Shown here: positions 1-9,539 of the stretch, one piece after another
How the letters are laid out: every line of letters starts with the position of its first letter
How positions within the stretch are numbered: position 1 is the stretch's first letter
Assembly: GCA_043825875.1 (NCBI GenBank)
Contig: JBDRRF010000051.1
Span: 96,001-160,000 of the forward strand
Direction: 5' to 3'
Origin: Pseudomonadota bacterium
GTDB taxonomy: Bacteria; Desulfobacterota; Desulfobacteria; Desulfobacterales; RPRI01
DNA: 64,000 nt
Notes under the pieces: generated by a model
The model's database searches: none
What the model was told of the DNA's origin: nothing
What the model saw: only the letters and a program-made list of their open reading frames with translations
Position numbers and translations under genes: made by a program

Positions 1-258
1 CGGAAATACACCGATTCCTTTTACAGAAAGATTTATATGAGAAAAACTCTTAACACAATCACCCACAGCAACCTTAATATGCTCCACATCGGACTTATCT
101 ATATTTCCAAAAAAGTGAAGCGTAAGATGAATATTATCAGGTTTAACCCATCTTACAGGAAAACCAAATTGCTTTAAATCTTTCTGAATATTGTTTATGA
201 AAGATAAAATGTTTTCCGGAAGCTCAAACGCTATAAAAGCTCTTATGGTATCAGGCAT
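1..258 (-). CDS. thpR: RNA 2',3'-cyclic phosphodiesterase (2H family), runs off window start
   Basis: Manual translation MPDTIRAFIAFELPE...RWVKPDNIHLTLHFFG contains the HxT motif; not in ORF track. Confidence 0.85.
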   Translation of the reverse strand, partial: MPDTIRAFIAFELPENILSFINNIQKDLKQFGFPVRWVKPDNIHLTLHFFGNIDKSDVEHIKVAVGDCVKSFSHINLSVKGIGVFP

Positions 259-303
259 GGGATTATAAGGAACAAATCTTATCCGTTTATATCCGTCAGA
301 TTA

Positions 304-1476
304 TCAGCTTTCAGGTAAAGTAAACTGCGGTTCACCCAGAAAGAACTTTCCCTTCAGAATCCATTCTTTTAGTATCTCTGTAATTTCTCTGGCCTTAACA
401 AGGCTTGAAAGCGGAGTTGCAGGAATTTTTTCACTGCCATAATTTATAAACCCGCTTTTTAGCTGTGCATAGCTGACCTGCCCATAGCTTTTTGAAACTC
501 CGTTCGGGTAATCATTTCCATAATCAACAATCTGAGTAAATATCTCTTCATCACAAATTCCGGTATACGATGCAATCTCTTCATTTAATACAGGAATAGG
601 AATACCCAAACCTACCGCAAGAGAACATCCATATCCTTGTATGCTTACACCAACAAGCCATTTAGGAGTCATGTTTTTCAAATCACCCATTACCCAAAGT
701 GTACCGGCGGGAGTAACCGGAACCCCTTTTTCATTTCTACTGGCCGAAGGCTTATGCTGAGTTCCCTGCCAGGTAACATATCCTGTTGCACCACCCAAAA
801 ATATTCTTGTACCAAGACCTATTGTTTTATAATAAGGGTCATTCATAAGAGGGCTAAGTTCCCCGGCACAACAATAAGTTGCATTTGCACCCCGTGGTTT
901 TAATGTGCCCATATAAGTATAAATTGTTTTTTTGGTCAAATTGATTGCACAATTATAATTCTGATAACCGTTTCTCGGATTGCAAAGAGTTGCGCTTGGA
1001 AGAGATGCAAGTGAAATTTCTTTTTCAATCAATCGGCCCGGATAGCATGAAGTGCCATATCCTGTAGCTTTTAGAGACACTTTTTTTCCTGCAACCAGAT
1101 CCTGGATAACATGCCCGCCGCCATAATTAAATTCACCTGGATAAACTTTGTTTAAAGGATCATCCTCGCAGGGCTCTGTAGCTCCTATATAACAATCAAC
1201 TGCTGCAATCCCGGCATATGCCGGAACATTGTTTAACCATACTTTTGAAGCTTTTGTTGTCGGTACCGAATGCCCAAAATTTATGAAAGCACCTGAAGAA
1301 CACATGGGAGCAAAAGTTCCGGTAGTAACAACATCCACATGCTTTGCAGCTTTAACCGGCCCATCGTTTTTTACTATATCGATCATTTCCCCGGCCGTAA
1401 CTACAACAACTTTTCCGGATTTAATTTTCTCATTGATCTCTTTATAGGTTTTATTTACCTTATACTCCTTCATCAT
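304..1476 (-). CDS. DUF39 homocysteine biosynthesis protein (aspartate-semialdehyde sulfurtransferase family)
   Basis: Motifs KTYKEINEKIKSGKVVVVTA, DVVTTGTFAPMCSSGA, YGGGHVIQDLV, NPRNGYQNY. Confidence 0.85.
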   Translation of the reverse strand: MMKEYKVNKTYKEINEKIKSGKVVVVTAGEMIDIVKNDGPVKAAKHVDVVTTGTFAPMCSSGAFINFGHSVPTTKASKVWLNNVPAYAGIAAVDCYIGATEPCEDDPLNKVYPGEFNYGGGHVIQDLVAGKKVSLKATGYGTSCYPGRLIEKEISLASLPSATLCNPRNGYQNYNCAINLTKKTIYTYMGTLKPRGANATYCCAGELSPLMNDPYYKTIGLGTRIFLGGATGYVTWQGTQHKPSASRNEKGVPVTPAGTLWVMGDLKNMTPKWLVGVSIQGYGCSLAVGLGIPIPVLNEEIASYTGICDEEIFTQIVDYGNDYPNGVSKSYGQVSYAQLKSGFINYGSEKIPATPLSSLVKAREITEILKEWILKGKFFLGEPQFTLPES

Positions 1477-1484
1477 TCTTTTTC

Positions 1485-2870
1485 CTAATTGGCGCCTATA
1501 ATTGATTTGGCATCTTTAATTTTGCCGGATATGTTATTTTTTATCCAGGAAGCATCAAGCCACTCTATAGGATTTACAAACACATCATGTACAAGCATGC
1601 TGAAATGCAGGTGGTCTCCGCCGGCAAGACCTGTTTTCCCGGAATGTCCGATTGTATAATTTTTTTCTACAATCTGGCCTTCAGTAACATCGGCACTGCT
1701 CAGATGGCCGTACAAACTATAAAGACCGAAACCATGATCAATAAGAATCATTTTCCCGTAAATTCCGAAATCTCCTACATATTTAATCTTGCCTTTATTT
1801 GCCGCAGGAACCGGCGCACGTGAAAGTGAGGCCAGATCAATTCCAAGATGGGTCTGACTATCTATACGCCTGCCTTTATAAATATAATTTCTTTTGTCGG
1901 CATAAGAAGCTTTGTTTGCAGCATTTGGAAAACTTACAAAAGCACCTTTCCAATATATTTCCTTATCAGGATTTTTTATAAGTTCTTTTAATTTGTTATG
2001 GTTTTCAATTCTTAACTCACGGTTTATTTTGATATACTTATCCAAAAGAGGGTTGTCTGAATCCTGATCAAGGGTTACATCAAATTGAGGCACAACCGCA
2101 TTAAGGAATGAATCAGTAATTTGGATTGAATCTTTATTAAATTTTCGCGCCTTGATATTTACATTAAAACCTCTTTTTGCACTGTTTCCTGCCTCATCAA
2201 CTGCTAAAGCGTATATTTCAGTACCAGGCCCTTTGTCATATTCAAGAGCATAAAAACAGATATAAATATCTTTATCCTTAAAAAATCCACTATAACCTGG
2301 AAAGAAACTGCCTCCGGCATAAACCCCGCTTTTTGAGCATGGTTCGGATAATCTGTAAATTTCAACACCTGACCCACCCTGATTTATATATTGCGTTCCA
2401 CCCAAAACATCTATTTCGGGCCGTTTGGTATCAATATTAATTTCTTTTTCAATAACGGTTATATTTCCGTTCCACCATCTGCGCCAGGAATAGTCCCAGG
2501 CACTTGTTCGCATTAAAGCTTTACCGTCTTTAAGTCCAAGCTTTACAGGCTCGATTGTAATACTTACAGTATCTTTATTTTGACCTGCCCCGAAAAAAGA
2601 TGCCCTGGCATATTCTTTTTCAGTTAAAACAGTTTCTTTACCGTCTTTTACAATCTCCATTTTAATTTTACGCAATCCTCTTTTCTGGTCTGAAAAAGAA
2701 ACGGTAATATCTCTTGAAGCACCTAAGGCGGTTATTTGAGCCGGACTATCAAATTTTATTGCCGGGCTTTCACCTTCCATATTGAAAACTAAAACCCACA
2801 TAGCCGGAATTAAAACCAGGCCAAAACAAACTATTAAAATAATTTTTAAATTGATTTTCTTTTTTTTCAA
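1485..2870 (-). CDS. M23 family metallopeptidase with N-terminal membrane anchor
   Basis: HLGIDLA and HLHF motifs; N-terminal hydrophobic segment. Confidence 0.85.
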   Translation of the reverse strand: MKKKKINLKIILIVCFGLVLIPAMWVLVFNMEGESPAIKFDSPAQITALGASRDITVSFSDQKRGLRKIKMEIVKDGKETVLTEKEYARASFFGAGQNKDTVSITIEPVKLGLKDGKALMRTSAWDYSWRRWWNGNITVIEKEINIDTKRPEIDVLGGTQYINQGGSGVEIYRLSEPCSKSGVYAGGSFFPGYSGFFKDKDIYICFYALEYDKGPGTEIYALAVDEAGNSAKRGFNVNIKARKFNKDSIQITDSFLNAVVPQFDVTLDQDSDNPLLDKYIKINRELRIENHNKLKELIKNPDKEIYWKGAFVSFPNAANKASYADKRNYIYKGRRIDSQTHLGIDLASLSRAPVPAANKGKIKYVGDFGIYGKMILIDHGFGLYSLYGHLSSADVTEGQIVEKNYTIGHSGKTGLAGGDHLHFSMLVHDVFVNPIEWLDASWIKNNISGKIKDAKSIIGAN

Positions 2871-3008
2871 TTTAGCACACTAACCTTTCTTTGCAGTAAT
2901 ATATTGAAAGATTTTCAATCTATATTTTTCCTGCTTAAACAAGGCCATAAATTAACATGGAATAAATCAATATGCCAGTCTTATTTTGATTGGATTTAAA
3001 CGAAGCCA

Positions 3009-4259
3009 TTAGTGTTTAAAACTTCTTTGGCCCGTATAAACCATGGCAACTCCGGCCTCATTGCATGCATCTATGGACTGATAGTCGTTTTCGGAACCAC
3101 CAGGCTGGATAACGCAGGAAATTCCTTCCCTTAATCCAACATCAACTCCGTCTCTGAAAGGAAAAAAAGCATCACTGACCATAGCGGCTCCTGTCAAACC
3201 GCCTTTTTCATTTGCAACTCTTTGATCAATTTCCGTTTTTTTATCCTTATCATTAAAATCATTATAAGAAACCCCGTATTGTTCAAAGCAATATCTGTCA
3301 GCAAGCTTTCTGTATGCCTTATCTCTTGCAATCTCTGCAACCCCTACCCTATCCTGCTCACCTGTACCTATCCCGACAGTAACTTTGTCTTTTACATAAA
3401 TAACGGAATTTGAAGTAACGCCTGATTCAACCAACCAGCCGAACAGCATATCCTCGTATTCTTTATCGGTAGGCTCCCTGTTGATTTTATAGTTCTGCCC
3501 TTTATAATTACATTCTGCAAGGCGAAGATCTTTTTTTGAACGCGCCTCTGGCACAAAAGACCACTGGGCTACAATACCTCCGTCAATAAGACTTTTAAAT
3601 TCAACAAATCTTTCACCAACAAAATTATGAAGTTTTTCTATATTTCCTATCTTTATTACTCTTAGGTTTTTCTTTTTTGCAAATATATCCATAACACCTT
3701 CTTCAAACTCAGGAGCTACAACTACCTCTGCATATTGCATGCTGATTGCTTCTGCCGTAGAAATATCAACCGGGCGGTTTAAGGCAATGCAACCGCCGAA
3801 AGCCGCGATCCTGTCTGCTATATTTGCTTTTACATATGCATCGACCAATTTATCGGATAAAGCAACACCACATGGATTATTGTGCTTAACTATTACGGCA
3901 GCTGGCTGATCAACAAAATATCTTAAAATATTTAATGCATTGTCGGCATCGGTTAAGTTTGTTTTGCCAGGATGTTTGCCGGATTGAAGAAGTTCGGCAT
4001 CTGAGACAAGATATTTTCCGGAAAGTATTGTAGCGGTTTCTCCCAAAACAAGATTGCCGTTTACAAGTTTGTAAAGAGCAGCCTCCTGGCCCGGATTCTC
4101 ACCATACCTTAAGCCTTTTCTTATATTATCTATAGTCCATGAAACCTTTTCATAAAACAAAGTTTGTCTTTTATCGCCGTCAACAAAGCTTATTTCCATT
4201 GCAGGCGGGAAGTGGTCATCCATTATGGTTTTATACATTTTTTTCAGATCGTCAGTCAT
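3009..4259 (-). CDS. purH: PurH C-terminal part (AICAR transformylase domain)
   Basis: LRYGENPGQEAA, VKHNNPCG, SDAFFPFRDG, IQPGGS, FKH C-terminus. Confidence 0.85.
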   Translation of the reverse strand: MTDDLKKMYKTIMDDHFPPAMEISFVDGDKRQTLFYEKVSWTIDNIRKGLRYGENPGQEAALYKLVNGNLVLGETATILSGKYLVSDAELLQSGKHPGKTNLTDADNALNILRYFVDQPAAVIVKHNNPCGVALSDKLVDAYVKANIADRIAAFGGCIALNRPVDISTAEAISMQYAEVVVAPEFEEGVMDIFAKKKNLRVIKIGNIEKLHNFVGERFVEFKSLIDGGIVAQWSFVPEARSKKDLRLAECNYKGQNYKINREPTDKEYEDMLFGWLVESGVTSNSVIYVKDKVTVGIGTGEQDRVGVAEIARDKAYRKLADRYCFEQYGVSYNDFNDKDKKTEIDQRVANEKGGLTGAAMVSDAFFPFRDGVDVGLREGISCVIQPGGSENDYQSIDACNEAGVAMVYTGQRSFKH

Positions 4260-4270
4260 TCATACACCCC

Positions 4271-4945
4271 TTACATTTTGTAGCATATAATCATTTCTTC
4301 AAAAGTTTTTCCTGAAAGAAATCCGGCAATTGTTTTGTCATATTCTGCTGTATGAGCAAATGCTTTTTTTGCAAACTCAAAACGGCTTTTTAAGGATATT
4401 GTATTATTGTTTTCTTTCAGTTCGGTTATTATACTCACATAGTCTTTGGGATCAACTACCGAAGCTACTCTAAGATAGTTCTTGGCAGAAGCCCTTATCA
4501 TACAAGGTCCTCCGATATCTATGTTTCCGCGGGCATCTTCTACCGTAACGCCCTGCTTTGATATTGTTTCTTTAAAAGGGTAAAGATTAACTACAACCAT
4601 ATCTATAGGAACGCCGTTTGTTCTTTTAAGATCTGCCTTATGTGCTTCATTATAAGTTTCTGTAAGAATCCCAAGATATATTTTAAAATCCAAAGTCTTG
4701 ACAAGACCACCCTGTGTTTCGGGCTGGCCGGTATAATCGGAAACCTGTGTAAGACATGTTGCTTTATCTCCGAGAATATCTTTGAGCCTTGCAAATGTAC
4801 CCCCGGTAGAAAAAATATTTATTTCAGGATTTATTTCAACAAGCTTTGGAATAAATGTCTCAAGATTATTTTTATCCGAAACACTTACAAGTACATTATT
4901 TATTTTGACCAGGTCATCTATTTTATCTACTTTATTAATACTCAT
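4271..4945 (-). CDS. purH: PurH N-terminal part (IMP cyclohydrolase, MGS-like domain)
   Basis: SVSDK, STGGT, GLVKTL, VVNLYPF, IDIGGP motifs. Confidence 0.85.
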   Translation of the reverse strand: MSINKVDKIDDLVKINNVLVSVSDKNNLETFIPKLVEINPEINIFSTGGTFARLKDILGDKATCLTQVSDYTGQPETQGGLVKTLDFKIYLGILTETYNEAHKADLKRTNGVPIDMVVVNLYPFKETISKQGVTVEDARGNIDIGGPCMIRASAKNYLRVASVVDPKDYVSIITELKENNNTISLKSRFEFAKKAFAHTAEYDKTIAGFLSGKTFEEMIICYKM

Positions 4946-4950
4946 AAGAT

Positions 4951-5589
4951 CTACCTCTTTCCATCATATTCTTCTGTAAAACGTTTAAAAAACTCTTCCA
5001 TGAAAGCATGGCGTTCATCTGCGATTTTTTTGCCTTCACGGGTTAATATTCTTTCTTTTATCCTGCAAAGCTTTACTTTATATTCCCTGTAGCCGGTATC
5101 TTCTATTGTATATGGCTTTGTATCCTCAATCTTAATATCCGGATTATAAAGTCTGGCTCCAACTTCTCCTGCAAATAAAAAAGCTCTTGCAACTCCCACA
5201 GCTCCTATTGCATCAATTTTATCAGCATCAAATAACACTTTAGCCTCGGCGGTTTCGGGCATAAAATTTCCCCTGAAGCGATGAGACCTTATACAATGGA
5301 TAATATTTTCTTTGCGGCTTTGTGAAATAGAAAGCTCTTTTATAATCGGCAATGCCATTTGGGCGCCCTTTTCGGCATGGCATACTGCTCCAAAACTTGC
5401 ATCCTGTTCGGATCTTCCTATATCATGTAAAAAAGCTGCGGCTATCAATACTTCCATATCAGCATTTTCAGCAGGCCCGATACGCTCGCACAAACTACAT
5501 ACCCTTAAAGTATGTTCCCAGTCATGGCTTGATTTTGCTCCATTGAAAAGTTTTTCCGCTTCTATTTTTATGTAATTCTTTATATCCAT
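4951..5589 (-). CDS. HD-domain phosphohydrolase
   Basis: HDWEH...LHDIGR...DADKIDAIGA. Confidence 0.85.
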   Translation of the reverse strand: MDIKNYIKIEAEKLFNGAKSSHDWEHTLRVCSLCERIGPAENADMEVLIAAAFLHDIGRSEQDASFGAVCHAEKGAQMALPIIKELSISQSRKENIIHCIRSHRFRGNFMPETAEAKVLFDADKIDAIGAVGVARAFLFAGEVGARLYNPDIKIEDTKPYTIEDTGYREYKVKLCRIKERILTREGKKIADERHAFMEEFFKRFTEEYDGKR

Positions 5590-5604
5590 ATTATTTTAGT
5601 TAAA

Positions 5605-5694
5605 AGGGTTCCGGGGTTCAAAGGTTCGAGGGTTCAAGACTTAAATGCAAGTTAATTTTCACTTGAACCCTTGGCCCCTCGAATCCTTGAATCC
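5605..5694. repeat. Inverted pair of degenerate 8-bp tandem arrays (GGGTTCAA-like / TTGAACCC-like)
   Basis: gggttccg-gggttcaa-aggttcga-gggttcaa ... ttgaaccc-ttggcccc-tcgaatcc-ttgaatcc. Confidence 0.8.
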
Positions 5695-5726
5695 TGCTAT
5701 AGGCTTCAGCCGATAGCTATTTTTAT

Positions 5727-6425
5727 CTATTCAAAACTCATAAGAGCTTCCCAACGTTCTTCTTCCGTTGAAACGGAAAAACCTTTTTCTTTTAAAACAG
5801 ATATCAATTGAGGATTATTAAATCTCAAATATGTATTAGCCTTGAATTCATCTTCAAGAGTTGAGGCAACATGAAGAGGGTTATATTTTTTCAAAAAAAC
5901 ATTGATATCATCATTTTCCGGTTCAATAACTCTTGCAAACTCCATGGCATACTCATAGTAATCATGACCTGCATATATTACAGTATTTTTTGGTAAAGCC
6001 ATTAGCTTTTTTATTGAATTCAAAAATAATAAATTATCTCCTGTAAAGCAATTGCCTATAGTTCCGTTAAACAAGGTGTCACCGGTAACAAGGAAATCAC
6101 CGGCATGAAAAGATACCGAATCATTGGTATGTCCCGGAGTATGGATTACATTTAATTTCTCGTCTTCCAGCTTGATATATCCGTTCTTAATAAGAGTATC
6201 ATTATCAATATACAAAGCACCGGAACGATCAAGAAGTGATCTCAAACCTACGGTATGGTCAGGATGCGCATGAGTATTTACAACAAATTTAAGACATAAT
6301 GCGTTTTGCTCTGCAAACGAAAGTATTGCATCAACAGCGCCTCCGTCTATGGCAACAGCAGTTTTGTTGTTATAAACAAGATAAGCAAGATTGTCGGATG
6401 AAAAGCGGAATTGTTTGATATTCAT
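5727..6425 (-). CDS. Hydroxyacylglutathione hydrolase-like metallo-beta-lactamase
   Basis: THAHPDH, HTPGHT, TGDTLF, GHDY motifs. Confidence 0.8.
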   Translation of the reverse strand: MNIKQFRFSSDNLAYLVYNNKTAVAIDGGAVDAILSFAEQNALCLKFVVNTHAHPDHTVGLRSLLDRSGALYIDNDTLIKNGYIKLEDEKLNVIHTPGHTNDSVSFHAGDFLVTGDTLFNGTIGNCFTGDNLLFLNSIKKLMALPKNTVIYAGHDYYEYAMEFARVIEPENDDINVFLKKYNPLHVASTLEDEFKANTYLRFNNPQLISVLKEKGFSVSTEEERWEALMSFE

Positions 6426-7378
6426 TTGTTTGAAGCTATTTTTTCTATTACGCCTGCTGCGATAAGCGGCAGCATGATTTCATGATGACCGGTAAGGCTT
6501 ATGCCTTTTCCTCCCTTAGCAGTTGGCCTGTTTACAACATTTGTCATGGGGCGGTATTGTTTTATAAAATCCATATTTACAGTAGTGAAGTTTTCAAGAT
6601 TATGGCCAAGATTGCGAACCAGAGTTGTAGCTTTAAGAAATACTTCAGGCAAAATAACAGAAGATCCTACATTAAGATATACGCCTTCATTAAGTGTCGA
6701 TACAACAGATGCAAAAGTCATAAAATCCCTGTAGGACGCACTCCCCGCTGCACCAGCATCAAAACCGGGATGCATATGAATTATATCCGTGCCTATTGCA
6801 ACATGAACTGTAACCGGAATACCCGATAAAAAACCTGCTGCAAGCAAACTCTTATCTTTAAAAGGAAGATCGTTTTCAACAATAGCTTTACCAACTGCTT
6901 CACCTAAGCCCAGAGACTCTTTTTGCGCCATCTTTATTGCATTGCTTAAAAATTCTCCGGTTTCCTGTGCCATGCCAAAGGAGCCGTCTCCTATTGAAGC
7001 TTCAACATCTTCAGAAGTTCCTCCGTTTAAGGCGATTTCAAAATCATGAATAATACCTGCTCCGTTCATGGCGATAGCATTTACAATTCCTTTTTGAACA
7101 AGATCAATTATTATCGGATTCAAGCCGACCTTGATAACATGAGCACCCATACCCAAAAAAACGGTTTTTTTATTAAGAAAAGCTTTTGCTATTGAAGATA
7201 TAACGGCCTTCAGATCTTGTACTGCAAGTATATCAGGAAGAGTATCTAAAAAAACCTTTAAAGAATCTCCTGTTTGCCAGGTTGATGAAAAATCATTTAC
7301 AGAAACCTTGCTCTTTCTGCCTGATATCGAATAAGTTTTAAGTTTGTCAGTATTTATAGGTTTAAAAGAATGCGCCAT
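6422..7378 (-). CDS. Conserved protein, deoxyhypusine-synthase-like fold, function unknown
   Basis: MGAHVIKVG, IGTDIIH, GSSVILPEVFLK, GHHEIM; co-oriented with gmhA. Confidence 0.55.
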   Translation of the reverse strand: MAHSFKPINTDKLKTYSISGRKSKVSVNDFSSTWQTGDSLKVFLDTLPDILAVQDLKAVISSIAKAFLNKKTVFLGMGAHVIKVGLNPIIIDLVQKGIVNAIAMNGAGIIHDFEIALNGGTSEDVEASIGDGSFGMAQETGEFLSNAIKMAQKESLGLGEAVGKAIVENDLPFKDKSLLAAGFLSGIPVTVHVAIGTDIIHMHPGFDAGAAGSASYRDFMTFASVVSTLNEGVYLNVGSSVILPEVFLKATTLVRNLGHNLENFTTVNMDFIKQYRPMTNVVNRPTAKGGKGISLTGHHEIMLPLIAAGVIEKIASNK

Positions 7379-7394
7379 TTCTAAATCTCTCTTT

Positions 7395-7982
7395 TTACGA
7401 AGCCGTCATAAATTGTTCAGGATACAGGTTTCTGTCAACAAGCTCGCAAAAAATATGCCCAAGCAGTATATGAACTTCCTGGATTCTGGCTGTTATATCG
7501 GATTCAACAGAAAATACCATATCCGCCAAAGAAGCGAGTTTGCCGCCACGGCCTGTAAACACAATGGTATATAAGCCGATTCTTTTTGCTGCTTCTACCG
7601 CCTTTATAATGTTTTTAGAATTGCCGCTTGTGCTTATTCCTATGGCAATATCAAATTGTTTGCCAAGCGCAAGAATCTGCTTTGAAAAGATATCATCGAA
7701 ACTATAATCATTTCCTATGCTGGTCAGTATGGAAGTATCGGTTGAAAGAGAAATAGCCGCAAGAGGTGGCCGTTCGATTTTAAACCGGTTTACAAATTCA
7801 GCCGCAATGTGCTGTGCATCTGCTGCGCTGCCTCCGTTTCCAAATATTAAAACTTTATGACCTGATACAATGCAATCCGATATTTTCCCGGCCCCATTGA
7901 TTATAAGATCTAAATTAGATTTTATGAATTTTCTTTTAAGTTCTATGCTTTCTTCAACTATATTTTCAATTATATTTTTCAT
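7395..7982 (-). CDS. gmhA: D-sedoheptulose-7-phosphate isomerase
   Basis: FGNGGSAADAQH, ISTSGNS, RIQEVH. Confidence 0.95.
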   Translation of the reverse strand: MKNIIENIVEESIELKRKFIKSNLDLIINGAGKISDCIVSGHKVLIFGNGGSAADAQHIAAEFVNRFKIERPPLAAISLSTDTSILTSIGNDYSFDDIFSKQILALGKQFDIAIGISTSGNSKNIIKAVEAAKRIGLYTIVFTGRGGKLASLADMVFSVESDITARIQEVHILLGHIFCELVDRNLYPEQFMTAS

Positions 7983-8063
7983 GATTTTTGGTCCTGCTCT
8001 ATGATTAGGATAATAAACAACTAGTTAAGGCAAAGACTTTGTTCAAATTGTTTTTAGCCAAAA

Positions 8064-8152
8064 GGGTCCAAGAGGTCAAGGATTCGAGGGATCAAGCTTT
8101 AAATATAAGTGGTAATTAACTTGAACCCTTGACCCCTTGAATCCTTGAATCC
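8064..8152. repeat. Second inverted 8-bp tandem array pair
   Basis: gggtccaa-gaggtcaa-ggattcga-gggatcaa ... ttgaaccc-ttgacccc-ttgaatcc-ttgaatcc. Confidence 0.8.
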
Positions 8153-8166
8153 TCAAATTATAAGCT

Positions 8167-9537
8167 TCAGGAAATAGTTGCTGACTTACTTTTTCTTATA
8201 CTTTTAATATACATCCGTGATTCACAGCCAAGCTGTTCAGCCTTTATAAACTCGGACAATGCTTCTTTAATAAGATTCTTCTTTTGATAAAGCCTTCCCA
8301 GTCTTTGCCTGAACAGGCCGTTATCCGGTTCTATCTCGACACTCTGACTGCAAAAAGCAAAAGAAACATCACTGTTTTTATTTTCCGTTTCATATAACCA
8401 GCCAAGAGAAGACAAAGAAGCCGCATCATCAGGATTAATTTTTATTGCTTTTTTATAAGCATCCTCGGCTTCATCCATCATACCTGTTGCAACAAAACTT
8501 TCTCCAAGATAAAATAGTGCAACGCTTGATTCCGGCTTTAAATTTGAGGCTTTTTCCAAATACTTTTTCCCTTCTTCGGTTTTCCCCAATTCAAGTAAAA
8601 GCTTTCCTGTCTGAAAATCAATTTCGAATAACTCTTCTCCAAGATCGCCAGCCTTAAGAAAATATTTTAAAGCTTTTTCACTTTTGCCTTCCAACTGATA
8701 AACAAGGCCTAAATTATAAAGAGGCATTATCTCTTTCGGTGCAAATCTTACCGCTTCCTTAAATTCCTTAATGGCTTTTACAAAATCTCCAAGGACTCCG
8801 TAACATACTCCAAGGCTGTTATGAACATTAACATTATCAGGATCAAACAAAAGAGCAGTCTTAAACTCTTTTATAGCTCCATCGATATCTCCATCCTGAT
8901 AAAGCTTGTCTCCGCTTATATTCAGGCTAACAGCGTCAAATGCTACTATGCTGCCCGGGCCGAAAAAATCTGAATGTGCAAGAGCCTTTTTGGCATTTAT
9001 GATTATGTCGTTTTTCCTGTATATAAAAGCAGGATAAGCTGCAATTCCGGTTGTCACCGAATTTGTTCCCGGTTTTTCAACATTTGCTTTGAATTTAACA
9101 GCATATTTTAAACATTCTGAAGCTTTTACATCGGGGAAATAGCATGCAAACTCAAATCGTGACAACCGCCCCCAAAACCCGTTTTCAGCTTTACAAATTT
9201 CATTAATTTCTCCGGCTATATCTGAAAGCACCTTATCCGTATCCACCGTTTTTTGATTTTGATCCGGCTCTTTAACATCATCAATACGAATTATCATAGT
9301 ACCAAAAGCAAGATATGGAGCAAGCTGTTTCATGGCATACTCCAAAAAAGTTTCTCCGCTTTGCATCTCTGGGAAAAGATTATTTAAAATATCTTTTTCA
9401 TCATCTTTTTCTTTTGTCTCAGCCGTGCGTGTAGATTTTAGCGAAGGTTTTAAATCAGCTTTTGAAAGTAAAAACTCCTTTGAACTGCTTCGGTGTTGAA
9501 ATAAATCGTCTTTTTTACTGATGTCAGTTTTTTTCAT
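8167..9537 (-). CDS. Degenerate GGDEF-like domain plus TPR repeats
   Basis: IRIDD...GRLSRFEF...TGIAAYP GGDEF-like layout without the GGDEF motif; C-terminal TPRs. Confidence 0.7.
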   Translation of the reverse strand: MKKTDISKKDDLFQHRSSSKEFLLSKADLKPSLKSTRTAETKEKDDEKDILNNLFPEMQSGETFLEYAMKQLAPYLAFGTMIIRIDDVKEPDQNQKTVDTDKVLSDIAGEINEICKAENGFWGRLSRFEFACYFPDVKASECLKYAVKFKANVEKPGTNSVTTGIAAYPAFIYRKNDIIINAKKALAHSDFFGPGSIVAFDAVSLNISGDKLYQDGDIDGAIKEFKTALLFDPDNVNVHNSLGVCYGVLGDFVKAIKEFKEAVRFAPKEIMPLYNLGLVYQLEGKSEKALKYFLKAGDLGEELFEIDFQTGKLLLELGKTEEGKKYLEKASNLKPESSVALFYLGESFVATGMMDEAEDAYKKAIKINPDDAASLSSLGWLYETENKNSDVSFAFCSQSVEIEPDNGLFRQRLGRLYQKKNLIKEALSEFIKAEQLGCESRMYIKSIRKSKSATIS

Positions 9538-9539
9538 TA

